Positions 35,455 through 49,715 of a stretch of DNA of 64,000 bases are shown piece by piece. Origin of the DNA: Schmidtea polychroa (Eukaryota); assembly GCA_044892525.1 (NCBI GenBank), contig CM097885.1, positions 16,928,001 to 16,992,000 of the forward strand, given 5' to 3'. Each line of letters opens with the position of its first letter. Positions within the stretch are counted from its first letter, which is position 1. The position numbers and the translations under genes are program-made. The notes under the pieces were generated by a model. It was not told the origin of the DNA. It saw only the letters and a program-made list of their open reading frames with translations, and searched no databases.

Positions 35455-35823
35455 TTATTCATATCCAAGATCTACAATCCGGGAGTAGTGAAACCTTCGC
35501 AGAGTTTTCACTAACTCCCATTCGACATATCGCCGATATCGATCGGCACAGCATGAGCATCCGATGATGCACTGGTACTCCGGCTCCAATTGTTTGATGG
35601 TTCTGTTTATCTTTATATCCCACAAGAACTGGTGAAATACCTCCATTATTCTAATTTGAGTTGTGTAGAAAATGAGGTCCGGAATTATTTCTGCTTCTCG
35701 ATCCTTGATAATTTCAATAATTTGAGGATAATAATATTTTATCCTATTGATCATAACTTCTAAATATTTTTCTAAAATAATAAATAGTAAATAATGTGAA
35801 AATAAAAAATTAAAATTTACCAT
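35455..35823 (-). CDS. Hypothetical protein (possibly spliced)
   Basis: 122-aa ORF with a CIIGCSCC motif. Confidence 0.4.
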   Translation of the reverse strand: MVNFNFLFSHYLLFIILEKYLEVMINRIKYYYPQIIEIIKDREAEIIPDLIFYTTQIRIMEVFHQFLWDIKINRTIKQLEPEYQCIIGCSCCADRYRRYVEWELVKTLRRFHYSRIVDLGYE

Positions 35824-36034
35824 AATCGTCGATATCTTTCATGAGGTTTGCAGCGCTTGGTAATTTGTACATGGTGTTGAAAAAATGAATCCTAAACAAA
35901 AACCGTTTGTTTAAATCAATCAATAACCAATTAGAAATCACCAATGAAATTATCTCATTTCGAACATTGTCAACAAATTCTCTATACTCCAAATTTCTCA
36001 ACCCCAGCATGACAACCTTTCCACTAGCAAACAC
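35810..36034 (-). pseudogene. Fragment with a TBP-fold-like motif
   Basis: IVFASGKVVMLG resembles the TBP repeat motif (IFxSGKVVxTG); appears 5'-truncated. Confidence 0.35.
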
Positions 36035-36126
36035 AATGTCCCGATGATTTACGAGTAAAAACAGATATTTTCAACCCAAAAGGTGCCATGGTTTATAAAC
36101 AAAGTTGAAAACCTCTATGAATAATA

Positions 36127-36651
36127 ATGTTTCTAAAAGCAAGGGTGAAAAATATTAGGAAATTAAGAAAAGGTATTAGAAAGACTATTAAAGTTCCAAA
36201 GGTTCCACCAACAACTAGTTATACACCATCTAAAAAACTTGTAACTGAAAATTTTTCTGCAATGAATCTTATTTCGAAAAATCCTAAACCTAAACGTAAA
36301 ACCCGTAAAACCAGTAAAAAAGTAGTTAAAAATCATCGCAGTTTTCCATTTTTTAATGCATTGTTAAAGGCCCCGAGTATGAAAAGAACGAATATATTGC
36401 AATCATTCCCAAATTTTGTTGTCGATGATTTACTCAATATTACACTTAAAGTAGTCAAAGGCAAAATTAAAATCAGTAAATCAAAAAAGCATTTATTGAG
36501 CAAACATAGGAAACCATTGTTATCTTTAGTAAATAATAAAAATCGTAAGAAAATGAGGAAAATTATATATAAACAACAAGGTGGATTTATTGGCGCATTG
36601 ATACCTCTGGCATTATCATTATTAGGTGGAGTTGTAGGAAATCAATCATAA
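36127..36651 (+). CDS. Basic putative virion core protein with protein X-like tail
   Basis: K/R-rich; ends QQGG|FIGALIPLALSLLGG. Confidence 0.65.
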   Translation: MFLKARVKNIRKLRKGIRKTIKVPKVPPTTSYTPSKKLVTENFSAMNLISKNPKPKRKTRKTSKKVVKNHRSFPFFNALLKAPSMKRTNILQSFPNFVVDDLLNITLKVVKGKIKISKSKKHLLSKHRKPLLSLVNNKNRKKMRKIIYKQQGGFIGALIPLALSLLGGVVGNQS

Positions 36652-36755
36652 ACAATGGGTGCTAATCCTCCATTGCCCGACATTAAATTTAATTTTAAAT
36701 CTTCTTGTTGTAATGGAGAAGATTTGGACGAACCCAGAAGACGAAGCCGGTTTCG

Positions 36756-37005
36756 GTGGAGTGGAGATTTCCAACAAGAGCGTATAAAACATTTGGTATT
36801 GACGATTTATGGCAAATGGATTTGATGGAGATGATACCTTATTCGAAAATTAACAATGGGAATAAATATATTTTAACATGTATTAATGTATACAGCAGGT
36901 TTGCACGAGCAATACCAGTCAAGGCTAAATCTGCAGAAGAAATGTCCAAGGCAATTAATATTTTATTTAAAGATGGACATCCTAATAACTTGCAAACAGA
37001 TTTGG

Positions 37006-37041
<36 letters not shown>

Positions 37042-37685
37042 TTATTATTATTTTAGGTAAAGAATTCTACAATAGCAAAGTTAAGCAAATCCTCTATAAA
37101 CTGAAAATAAATCACTACTCGGTACATTCTCAATACAAAGCTGCCCATGTTGAAAGATTTAATCGAACATTGAGAGATCGATTAAAGAAATTGTTCGTGC
37201 ATCAAAGTAATAAAAAATGGGTAAATGCTTTACCGAAAATAATAACAAGTTATAATCATTCATCACATCGAGGACTGAATGGATTGAGACCGGTTGATAT
37301 TACATCAAAAACATCATTGACTTCTAAGAAATCTGTAAAAATTACAAAACCTAAATATAAAGTCGGTGATCATGTTAGAATTAGTAAAATTAGTGCATCA
37401 CCATTTATTAAAAATTTTGATACAAATTGGAGTGATGAAGTCTTTGTAATTTCAAAAATAAATACTAAACAGAATCCTGTAATGTATGTCATCAAAGACA
37501 ATGATAATAATATTGTACAGGGGAAATTTTATGAGCAGGAATTACAAGTCATTCCTCCCCCAAAAGTATTTAGAATTCAAAAAATATTGAAAACTAAAAA
37601 GGTCGGTAAGGATAAACAATACTATATCAAATGGCACGGTTATCAAAACCCGTCATGGATATCGTCAAAAGACCTAGTAAAATGA
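36756..37685 (+). CDS. Retroviral-like integrase with chromodomain, 51-nt intron (37006-37056), N-terminus apparently deleted
   Basis: WQMDL, QTDLG|KEFYN, VERFNRTLR, YYIKWHGY...SWI. Confidence 0.9.
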
Positions 37686-39062
37686 ATTTTTATATTATTT
37701 TACCTAGCAATAGCTGTCCACTTATTCATCCAGATAATAAAGCCAGCAAATTCAGGGTCAATCTTCAAAATCCGATATATTTGGATAATAGCTGGGAAGT
37801 TGCTCTGTTGGATTTTACATTTGTATACCAAGCCTTTCCATTTTATAGTAAATCCGAATTATGTATATTTGATAGACCGTCGCCCCAGGCTGTAATAGAA
37901 TTTGGGGCGTTTGAGGAAGTTTTTCCAATGAATTCAATTACTGATAGTAGAAATGATATAGAGTTTTATATTAATGGTTCGCAAACTGAATATTTAGATT
38001 TGAACGATACTTTATTGACTGTTCAGATCAAGGTTATAGATAAAGATAAAAAAGCTTTGGGTCATGCTGCTGATGCAATACCGAACAATTTCATGTTTCA
38101 TACTCTTTTTAAAGATGCAGTGTTGGGATTTAATTATATCAAGATTGAAGGTGGTAATAATACATTCATTCACAAGGCTTTGATAGAAACTATTTTAAAT
38201 TACAATTCCGATACTAAAAATACATGTCTTTTATCCAATGGGATATGCTGCAACCGACGATGAAAGAAAAAAGTGGATTAAAGGCTCAAAAACATTCACC
38301 ATGTGTTCATCGTTACAACTCGATTTTATGGATCAACCGAAATATTTGCTTCCAGGAGTTAATGTCCACATTCGATTGAAAAGATCCGATTCTGCACTAA
38401 CTCTTACTAGTGCTACAGGTGCACCAATATGTCAATTAGTTGATGCAAAATTATTGGTGAGAAGAGTACGAGTAGACCCCTCAGTATTAGCAGGTCATCA
38501 ATTGGGTCTTAATTCAAAACATGCAATTTATCCATTAAAAACAAAGGAAATTGTACAATTTGCTATTGCTAAAGGTGCTTCATCATTCTATAAAGAACAA
38601 ATATTTGGTGACAGAAGAATGCCTAATTTTATTCTGATAACATTTCAAAGTGAAGCACAATATAATGGATCATATACTGCGTCCAGCTCAATTTTCAAAA
38701 ACTTTAATGTTACTTCATTGACTTTGTCGAAAAATACTGATTATAGAGAAACATATATTCAAGATTTCGAGAATGACAATTTCTGTGCGACATATATGCA
38801 GAGTATTGTTAGAAATCTGGGTTATTTAGATAAAAATTTGAATTGCGGAATAACTCTAGAAGATTTTAAAAGCAAATACCCATTTTTTACATTTGTTTTA
38901 GCCCCTGATTTTGATTTAAATCAAAGTCAATTACCTCAAAATGGAAATTTACGACTGGATATAAAGTTTGCAAAAGCTATTACTGAACCAGTACATGTTA
39001 TAATATATGGAGTATTTGAAAATGAAGTTCAAATTACTGCAAATAGAACTGTGTTGGTATAA
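37682..39062 (+). pseudogene. Minor-capsid N-terminus fused (probably by deletion) to major capsid protein; frameshift near 38235
   Basis: FYIILPSNS...WEVAL (penton start) joined to SELCIF...IEFYI...YLDLNDT; then QPKYLLPGV, MPNFILI, GNLRLDIKFA. Confidence 0.75.
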
Positions 39063-39166
39063 ATGTATATTGAAACACAAAAAGTTGTCATGGAGTAAGT
39101 TGTTTTTTTATACTCTGGATTTATTTAAGTAGTTCTGTTCAGGTCAATAAAATCGGAAAACAGATA

Positions 39167-39460
39167 TTGGGAAATGAATTTGTTGGAGTTTTTCCTCTTG
39201 ATAAAATTCCATATTTGAGCAATAATCAAGCAATAATCGTCAATACTCAATCGTCTCATCTCGGTGGAGAACATTGGATAGCTATATATATGAAACCTGG
39301 TAATATATTCGTGTTCGATCCTATGGGTTTTTATTACCCGGCTTTGTTGATATCAAAACTACAAACAATGGGGAAACCTATTGTGTATAATAAAACTATG
39401 TTTTCAAAAACCCAAACATGCGGTCAACATTGTTTAGCTTGGTTATTGTACAAAAAATGT
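39167..39460 (+). pseudogene. Adenain-like protease remnant
   Basis: FVGVFP, IVNT...GEHWIA, FDPMG, TCGQHC. Confidence 0.85.
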
Positions 39461-39563
39461 TTAATAAATTTGATGTTTAATAAATGTATCCTTTCCTTTG
39501 TTGTTGTGTTATTATTAATATTATTATTATTAATATTATTATTATTATTATTAATATTATTAT

Positions 39564-39594
<31 letters not shown>

Positions 39595-40799
39595 ATTAAT
39601 ATTATTATTATTATTATTAATATTATTATTATTAATATTATTAATATTATTATTATTTTTAATTAATTTTATTATTATTCAAATAAATATTATTATTTGT
39701 AACATAAAGACTGCCTTTGCCTGAAGCATGCACAGTGCAAGTTAACAAAGGCATGACTAACAAAGGCAGTCACATGTAATTTTGAGTGATTTACATTACA
39801 TACATGCATGCGTGTGATTGGTTGAGTGATTAAAATATTCAGTGTATATGTGTGTGTGTCTATATTCTCATTGGCTGGGACAGGAAAATATTCATTCTCT
39901 TTATAAACATTGACAAATCTAAAATTTGTCACAATTATTCTAAATTTTTCAAATTCCAATTTTAAAAATCTAAATAGAAATAAAATGGCTAACAATAATA
40001 TATTAAGAACACTATTAACGACAATGGGTAATTTATTTTATTTTATTATATTTTATTTTATTATTTTAGAACCATTCGATTGGTATCAAGTAACTCAAGA
40101 CGACACAATTTTAAATGTTGATAATATCTTCAGTAATTTTATCCTTTTAATTTTTATTAAAATTAATTTTATATATTTTAGATTCAATTGTTATTAGTGA
40201 TGACGACGATGATGTCGTTTTTATTGAACAAAATGTTAATGATGTTGGGCAAAACAAGGGTTTCAAAGAAAAAAGTAAATTTATTTTAGTATTTTATTTA
40301 AAAAAATTTTTTTTTTCAGCGTTTAATGTCGACATTGACGAAACGGAAAATGCAATCAATTGTGAGGATGTTCAAAGTGATGATGAAGATATTATATTTA
40401 TAGGCGAAACTACTGCCCCGGTTATTAATGTTGGGCAAAACCAGGTTTTCAATGAAAAAAGTAAATTTATTTTAGTATTTTATTTTTAAACAATTTTTTT
40501 GGATTTAATGTTGACGAAACAGAAAATGCAATCAATTATGATGAGGATGTCCTCTCTGAAGAGGAATCGGATTCCGACATGGAATCTGAACAAAATGCTG
40601 TCGATGTTCAATAAAATGCCCTCAATTGTGAGGAGGATGTCCTCTCTGAAGAGGAATCGGATTCCGACATGGAATCTGAATGTAAGTCTTATTTATTTTT
40701 ATATTTATTTTTATATATTTCTTTTAAATTTTATAAGAACTTTTTATAAGAACTTTTTTAAATATTTTTATATTAATTTCTTAAAAACTTTGTAATTAA

Positions 40800-41250
40800 C
40801 TTATGATTATACGAAGAAAATGATTTATGAGCAAAATGATTTATGACCAAAATGATTTATGACCAAAATTATGATGAAAATGATTTATGAAGAAAATGAC
40901 GAAAATTATGAATTTATGATTTATGAAGAAAATGACGAAAATTATGATTTATGACGAAAATTACGAATTTATGATTTATAAAGAAAATTACGAATTTATG
41001 ATTTATGATGAATTTATGATTTATGACAAATATAAGAATTTTTGAAGAAAATTACGAATTTATGATTTATGAAGAAAATTACGAATTTATGATTTATGAT
41101 GAATTTATGATTTATGACAAATATAAGAATTTATGATGAAAAAAAAAGATTTATGTTGAAAATAATGAAATTATGACGAAAATTATGAATTTATGATTAT
41201 ATGTTGAAAATTAATAGAAAATTATGATGAAAATTAGGAATTTATGAAGT
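40800..41250. repeat. AT-rich minisatellite
   Basis: Degenerate repeats of GAATTTATGATTTATGAAGAAAATTAC. Confidence 0.85.
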
Positions 41251-41352
41251 AAATACTACGTTTCTGAAATTAATATAAAAATATTTAAAAAGTGCTTATA
41301 AAACTATAGTTATAAAATAATTCTTGCAATGTGCATCTACAGTAGTTAAAAT

Positions 41353-41395
<43 letters not shown>

Positions 41396-41587
41396 TCTAC
41401 AGTAAGCATGTAGCTACATAGTAGTCTACAGTAAGCATGTAGCTACATAGTAGTCTGCAGTGAGCATGCAGCTACTTCTTTTTAATATAATAATAGTATA
41501 AATAATAATCTGACCCTTCTACTATAGTCTACAGTGAGCATGTAGCTACATAGTAGTCTGCAGTGAGCATGCAGCTACATCTCTTTA

Positions 41588-41667
<80 letters not shown>

Positions 41668-41745
41668 TAAATAATCTGACCCTTCTACTGTAGTCTACAG
41701 TGAGCATGTAGCTACATAGTAGTCTGCAGTGAGCATGCAGCTACT
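41396..41745. repeat. 29-bp repeat clusters separated by (AAT)n
   Basis: TCT(A/G)CAGT(A/G)AGCATG(T/C)AGCTAC, seven copies in three blocks; a further copy at about 46116. Confidence 0.9.
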
Positions 41746-42449
41746 TCTCTTTAATAATAATAATAATAATAATCTTACTCGTCTAATATTTAACATATTC
41801 ATATAATAATCTGACCCATATACTAAAATCTCTCTAATATTCTCTCGAATATATTAACCTATTTTCTATAAGGATTTATCATCATTTGTTATATAGTTCA
41901 TTTGAATTAAATAACAAATGATGATAAATCCTTATAGATGTAACAATTAATAACAATTAGAAAAAAGAATAAAACTTTAATTTTATTATTTAACAGGTAG
42001 ACTATACCCAAATTATTGTCAATCCTCAATTGGACATAACGATAAATGTCATCGCACCATGAAAAAGTATTACAGAAAGACATTTAATTCAGTCAACTTT
42101 TTTATATGCCCCAAATGCGTGACTAGCGAAAAAATAAAATATAGGGAATTTTTTAATAAACATCATAGTCACTTAGGGCAATTTTCGATTTCAAAAAATG
42201 TTTTATTTAAAAAAATAAATAAAAAATTAAATAAAAAAAAAATTTAGAAAATAATTTACAAAAAAATTTGCAAAAAAATATTATTAAAAAGATGTTATTA
42301 TAAAAGATTCAAATATTATAAAAGATTCAAATATTATTAAAGATTCAAATATTATTAAAAAAGATTCAAATATTATTAAAAAAGATTCGATTAAAAGACC
42401 TGCTGGTTTAATTAAAAATTTTATTCCGAATAAATTATCGCGACCTGAA

Positions 42450-45400
42450 GTGATAGTCATCAGCAAAGATGAATGTGTAGCTTCAACGTCTTTCAACATA
42501 TGTCAAATAGGCGGCTCTTTGTTTGAACCTATGGTAGAATCCGATTTGAACGGATCGCGAAAAACTTTAAAATTTGATATAAGAAATCAAAACTTAGTAA
42601 AAATAGCCCTAACATCAAAAATTGAAGATAGATTAATAGAGGAAATAGAAAAGATGGGCAATGTAAAAATTCAATTTACAATTTTAATTAAATTTGAAAA
42701 AGATGGGGAGATCCGGGATAATTATTTTTCAAACAATGCGCAAGTTTTTTCAGCAAATTTTATAAACGAGGGGGTGAGCAAATTAAATGAAAAGATTGAG
42801 CAATTCACCTATTTAGGAAGCGGGTGGCGCGTAATGAATATTTTAGAGATAGATTTTATTTTAACGAAATACGCACCCGTTAGTAGATTATCCGGACATA
42901 GCTATATAAAAACCCCATCTGCATTAAAATTGAAACATGCAATAATTAATGTTAAAAACAACGACCATAAGTGTTTCTTATATAGCATTCTTGCACTTTT
43001 AAAAAGAGAAGAAATAGGTCGTAATCACCAAAGAGCCGCCAAATATATAGAATTTTTACCTCTATTAAATTATGATGAAGACACAGATTGCCCGATGAGG
43101 CTATGTAACATTCCCAAATTTGAAAGGAAAAATCGTGATTTAAAACTAAGCATAAACGTTCTTTCGTATAATCCAGCCAGTTCTGATTGTGATATTTCTC
43201 AGGATTATGTAGCTCACCACCCTCATCTTAATATCATACATCGCTCCAAGGTTATAGATGGTAGGCCGATTTATTTATTACTTTTGAGTAATAAAGATAA
43301 ATATCATTATACGGCAGTGACAGACTTGGACAAATTAATGAATTGTCATTTAAATGAAAATGTAAATGTTCAAATAAGGTGTAACTGGTGCCCACATTGT
43401 TTAAATGGCTTTAGATATAAGAATGCTTTCGATCAGCATGTTGCTCTATGCTGTAAAAATCAGACTGGCACAACCTTGTATACACTTCCTAAAAATAAGG
43501 ATTTATTATTCACAGATTACGCAAAAACTTTTACACCTCCCTTCGTAATTTATGCCGATTTTGAATCGGTTTTACCTCAACATGAAACATATCATCAAAT
43601 ACATTTACCTATCTCAGCAGGTCTTTTATTAATTAATAATTATACAAACACAAAATTTTATTATTATTTTTTTGGACCTAATTGTATTTTGGATTTTTTG
43701 AGGAAAGTGGAGGAAATTGCTGTCACAATTGTCCTGCCATATTATGAACTTGAAGGTCATAAAGGTATGTCTACTTTGTCTTTTGCTCAGGAGCGTGCCT
43801 TTCGATCTAGTACTATTTGTTATTTGTGTAAAAAAGCTATTATTAATCCTGTGAGAGATCATTGCCATTTTACAGGTAGATATGTCGGAGCGGCATGTAG
43901 GAAATGTAATGTCTCTCGCAGGATTAATAAGTTGTTACCAGTAGTCTTTCATAATTTACGAGGCTATGACCTCCACCATATTTTAAAACATGGTCTCAGT
44001 GATTTTCCCCTTTGGGAACTTAATATTATACCTACCTCTACATAAAAATTTATATCTTTAATTGCATATATTAACAAATTGCCTGTTCGTTTTATTGACA
44101 GCATGCAATTTGTTAATTGTTCTTTAGCAAAAGCTGTGAAAACACTTACTACTTTTCCGTTAACTTCGTCTGTCTTTCAAGGGTCGATGATTCACTCTAA
44201 AGGTGTCTTTCCATATAATTTCGCTACTTCTTTGTATGTTCTTGAATCGACTTTAGAATTACCTCCTATTTGGTCTGATATTACGGAAGATCAATATGCT
44301 GAGGCTCAACTAATTTGGAGTCAGCATAACTGTAATAATTTGTTAGATTATATGTTAATCTACCTAAAATTGGACGTATACCTCCTCGCAGACTATTTTC
44401 AGCAATTCCGCGGTAAGGCAATTGCTTACAATGGTCTGGATCCTCTTAATTTCTACGGGATTCCCGGTATGTCATGGGCCTCAGCGCTTATGACATTAAC
44501 GGAACCCATAGAACTTTTGCAGGACATGGAAATGTATAATTTCTATGAGGGAGGTATCCGGGGTGGGTTAACATTTGTTAACAAACATTACACGGCTACT
44601 TCAGATGATACAGAATTATTGTACATTGATATAAATAATCTGTATGGTTGGGCTCTTAGCCAAAATCTTCCGTATGGTGATTTTTCTTGGGTGAATGTTA
44701 ACTTGAATGATGTTTTACTTGAATGTATGAACACGGATATTGATAACCTTCCATATGGGTATACTATGGAGGTTGATATCGATATTCCGGAATGTGTGCA
44801 TGACTTTTTGAATGATTTTCCGCTTGCGCCGGAAAAGTTGTGCCCGCCTAATTCAAAAGTTGAGAAGCTTATGCTTACGCATTGGCCAAAGAGGAACTAT
44901 GTTCTTCACTGGAGGCTTCTCAAATTGTATATAGAATTAGGTGCGGTTGTTGTAAATATTCATAGATGTATAAAGTATAAACAAGGACCTATCTTTAAAT
45001 CCTACATAGACACCAACACCACTTTACGATCTCAGTCTACTAGCGAGATATATAGGGACTTGTTTAAATTGTATAATAACAGTCTGTACGGTAAATCCGT
45101 TGAAAATCTGAAAAAACGAATGAATTTGAGGTTGTGTAATTCATCCGAAAAGATGATAGTATACTCCTCAAAGCCGACTTTCAGAAAGTCTATAAGAATC
45201 GATAACGATCTGATTGCGGCACATTTGGAAAAAGATTCAATTTGTTTAGACAGACCTAGCTACATCGGTCAAACAGTACTAGATCTGTCTAAACTGCGGA
45301 TGTACCAGCTCCAATATATTGATTTGGAGAAGTACAGACGTCAATATAAATGTATTATAAATATTATTGCCGGTGATACCGACAGTTTCTTTTTGGAAAT

Positions 45401-45920
45401 AAAAAATTTAAAATTAACAACTCTATTACCTCAGATGATCTCTGATAATTTATTGGATACGTCAAATTACGATCCAACACACCCCTTGTATAATAGGAAC
45501 CTTGACTCTGTCATCGGGAAGTTTAAAGATGAGAGCAAGGGATTAGGTTATTCCGAATGGGTTTTCTTACGCCCTAAATGTTATAGTCTTTTAGGTAGTA
45601 AGGAAACGGTAAAAGCGAAGGGGGTTAAATTACCAGGGACATCAATAAATCATGAAACATATCTAAATTGCTTTCATTCAAATCAGGTGATTTCTGTACC
45701 GCAGACTAGAATAGGTACTAGAAATCACCAACTTTTTACTTTTAAAAATTCGAAAATTGCCCTAAGTAATAATGATGATAAGCGCGCGTGGCTAGGCAAA
45801 AACATAAGTTACGCATTTGGGCACAATTTAGGAGTTGACGAATTAAGTGAATATGATGAGGAATTCAGTGCAGCTCCAAGTCCCAGTTTCGACGACAGCG
45901 AATGGGATGAAGATCAATAA
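42450..45920 (+). pseudogene. polB: Protein-primed PolB with one in-frame stop (44043-44045); additional 5' exons likely
   Basis: YADFE, DHCH, FHNLRGYD, YIDINNLYG, KLYNNSLYGK, GDTDS; both ORFs share a frame (PTST*KFISL). Confidence 0.93.
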
Positions 45921-46170
45921 GACAACTGAAAATTGTATAGAAACTTTTATTTACAAAAACTTGTATTTATAACTTGTATTATAACATGTATTATAACTTG
46001 TATTTATATATATACATATTGAATAAAAATTTGTAATCAGATTTTTTTTTTAAATTATTTCAAGTATTTGTTGTTTTATTATAATTTTTTATATTTAATA
46101 GTGATTTTTATATAGTCTGCAGTGAGCATGCAGCTATATCAATGACTATAATAATAATATTAATAATAAT

Positions 46171-46210
<40 letters not shown>

Positions 46211-46227
46211 TTAATATTAATAATAAT

Positions 46228-46359
<132 letters not shown>

Positions 46360-49300
46360 TTACTTATTATTATTGTTATAGATTTGATCATTTTGAAAGC
46401 TCTATTTTGATTGGTTATCTCAATTTTTATAAATGTAAAAACAAAAGTAATTTAGTTATTGAGAAATTTGATGAGTCATAGGATGAGTCATGGTCTTTGT
46501 TTCAATGACCTTGATGAGTAATATGTCTTTGTTTAAATTTGACCTTGAAAAAAAATGTACCTTTAGACTTAGAATATTTTTGAAAATCTTACCGACGGAG
46601 GGGTGGAGGGGGGGGGGTACTGTGCTAGCGGTGCCCAATCCATCTACTAGCGACTTTTTCAAGAAAATTGAGGCAAATAAAGAGTTGAGTCTTGCAGCAA
46701 GAGTCAACGATTGGATTTCATACAGCGAAACACAACTTCTCTTTTCGTTCAAATGACTGTACTGGTTTAATAAGAAATTTTCATTGGGACGTACAAAGAC
46801 AGCTGTACTTATCAAAAAAGTTATCGATTTATATTTTGACAATATTATGAGAGATGCTCTAAATAAACGACCATTCACATCAATCATGACGGACACATCA
46901 AATCATAAAAATATCAAGATGCTTCCTATTGTAATCCGTTTCTTTGATCCTCTAAAAGGTGTAAATCACTGGAAAGCCTCAAATGCATCAATTCCCAATG
47001 ACAAGTCTTCAAGAATATGCAATATCCTCATCGAAACTATAAGGAAAAATGATTTAAGTCACAAAATTATTTCTTATTCTGCTGACAATACAAATTTGAA
47101 TTTCGGTGGCATTACCAGAAATGAAACAAATAATATATGGAGAAAGCTACAAGTGGAATTAAAGCGAAAATTAAATGGAAATGGTTGTTTTGCTCATTTT
47201 ATTCATAATGCTTCAAACGCTGGATGTGCAATATTAAAAGTTCTGAGTCGTTTAAAAGTTTGCGACGAAATGGAACATGCATTTAAACCGTTGGGGAATT
47301 ATGGAAACACTCGATTTTTGTAACTTTATCCAGCTGTTCGTCGATTAATCGAATTATCTGATCCGTTGAAGGAATACTTCCAAACTCTGCAAAAATGTCT
47401 ACCAGCCATTCAGCGATTCTTCAATAATAAAGCAGGCAAATTTTGGATTTTATTCATTTCCAATCAACTTAAGAATTTCAACGACTCAATTAAAATCAAT
47501 GAAAGTTCAAATATAACAGCAGTTGAGATTGCTAATCAGTTGAATATTCTTAAGGACAAATTGGCAAACCGCCAAAATTTTTGTTTTTTACCCAGAGAAT
47601 CGCTTTTGGAATTTCAAAATCTTGATGAACGTACCAAAAATGAAGCAAAAATTAAGGTCGCTGAGTTCTATGAGGTTATATTAAATTACTTGAGTATATG
47701 AGAAAATGCACTGGACGCAACACAGACTTTTAGGTGGATGATAATGTATAATTCTCCAACATGGGATGACATTGAAAAATCAATTGATTATGCTACGGAA
47801 AAGTTGGGAAAACATTTTAATGAATTAGTTAATAGAGATTTGATGTTTGATGAGTTGTGCCTATTGAAGATTTATGCTGAAAATAACTTATTGAGTTGGC
47901 TGGATTCCAAACTATCTCCTGAAAATATATGGGTAAAAATTTTCCATTTATTTTCGTAAAAATTCAACGTGTTTGGTCAACATGGAAAAACTGGCTGAAT
48001 TTGCATTCTGTCTTTCTGGTACGTCTACTGAAGTTGAAAGAATTTTTTCTCTTATGAACAATGTATGGGATGATGATAAAAGTCGTTTAAATCCAAGCAC
48101 TGTAGATGATATCCTCTCTATTCAATACAATGGCAAAATGAATTGTATTGAGTTTCACGAGCGTATAAGAAATGATCATGACTTCTTAAATAATGTAATT
48201 TTAAGTGAAAAATACTTAAAAAAATAAAGACTTAATAAACCGTTGTTAACTTTTGAAGTTTAAAATATACTATTTCATTATAACTGTTGCATTTTATCAG
48301 TTTATGTAAATTTCCGTTTTTTTTTCAAAAATCCCCTGGCCACCCTAGATATACATTGGTTATGATTATATATAATTTACAATATTTAATAATTTCTTTA
48401 TTTTAAGTAGTAAATCCGTTACATTAATTACCAAGCCTGTAATATTATTATACCCTTAGGTACATCGACATAGCTTTCTTCAGAATCGACAACATAAATT
48501 CCTGAAAGATATTCATAAAAGTTATCAAAATTATATTAACCAATCAAAATCGGCATCCGATCGAAAACTAATATCTTATGTTGTGGTATTTTAAAATAAT
48601 TTTATCAAAATTGATTGAAAAACTTTTTATTTTTATATTAACTTCTTATTTCAAAAATGTCTGAAATAGGTCTATTTTAAATTAATTGGAAAATATAGAA
48701 ACAATAACTGATTTAATATATTGAATAATGAAATAAATGATACACAATTATTCAATTGAGAAAAATAATGATATAGAATTTTCTGATGAGCCTCAAAGTC
48801 AGAAAAAGTTCTTTTTTATATTTTCAAAAGTTACATAAATATTACTTTTGTTAATTTATTTTTTTCTGTAAAAATTATAATTATCTATTTTAGGTTTAGT
48901 ATGTTTATAATAATTAAGTAGAATCATATTCTGATTAATGTTCTCTTATTACAACTTCACTCTACAACATGATCATGTTTTGTGAAGTTGCTTATAACTT
49001 GCATGTTATTAAGAAGCAAGGTTTGCTGTAAGCGGTCCGAATATCAATACGTAATGCTTCTAACGGCACTCAATGTGTTCAAAAATATAACAATGAAAAT
49101 ATAACTACATTATTTTAAAAAATAAATGTATTTATTATTTTATTTCATCATATATAAATGTAAAACTTGAAAATTGTATGAAATTTCTAAAAAGCAATAT
49201 ACAAATCAGAAAATATAGGACCCAAAACAGAGAACCACTTTGCATTAGATATAAATGTAATACAAATTTCGACAATATTCTTGATAATTAACAACTAATA

Positions 49301-49657
49301 TTTTACTTTATTAGACATTGCTAAACTATAATTTTTATTCTATTATGTAGATTAATGATTCCTAATAATTCCTATATATGAGACCACTATCAAAACATGG
49401 TTTCTTTGCGCGTACCCATATAAAAATAACAGTAATATATTTTTTTATTATTTAGTGATGAGTATTAATAGAATACTTATGTTATCAATAAATAATTTCT
49501 ATTTGCCTGGTTTGAATAAAACAGACAAAAATTCATAAAATTTATTTTGTAAATTTAAAATATTTTAATGATTTTCTGTCATTTCAGATATTTCCGAACT
49601 GCAAGCACATAACACAATTCCTTTCAACAAAGAAATTAGCAAACATCTTATTATTAC

Positions 49658-49715
<58 letters not shown>

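Noticed and set aside
39484..39724. Poly-Leu/Ile membrane-like tail on the protease and overlapping ORF
   Set aside because: (ATT)n microsatellite read-through.
41396..41745. CRISPR-like repeat/spacer appearance
   Set aside because: Spacers are microsatellite or absent, there are no cas genes, and the context is eukaryotic.
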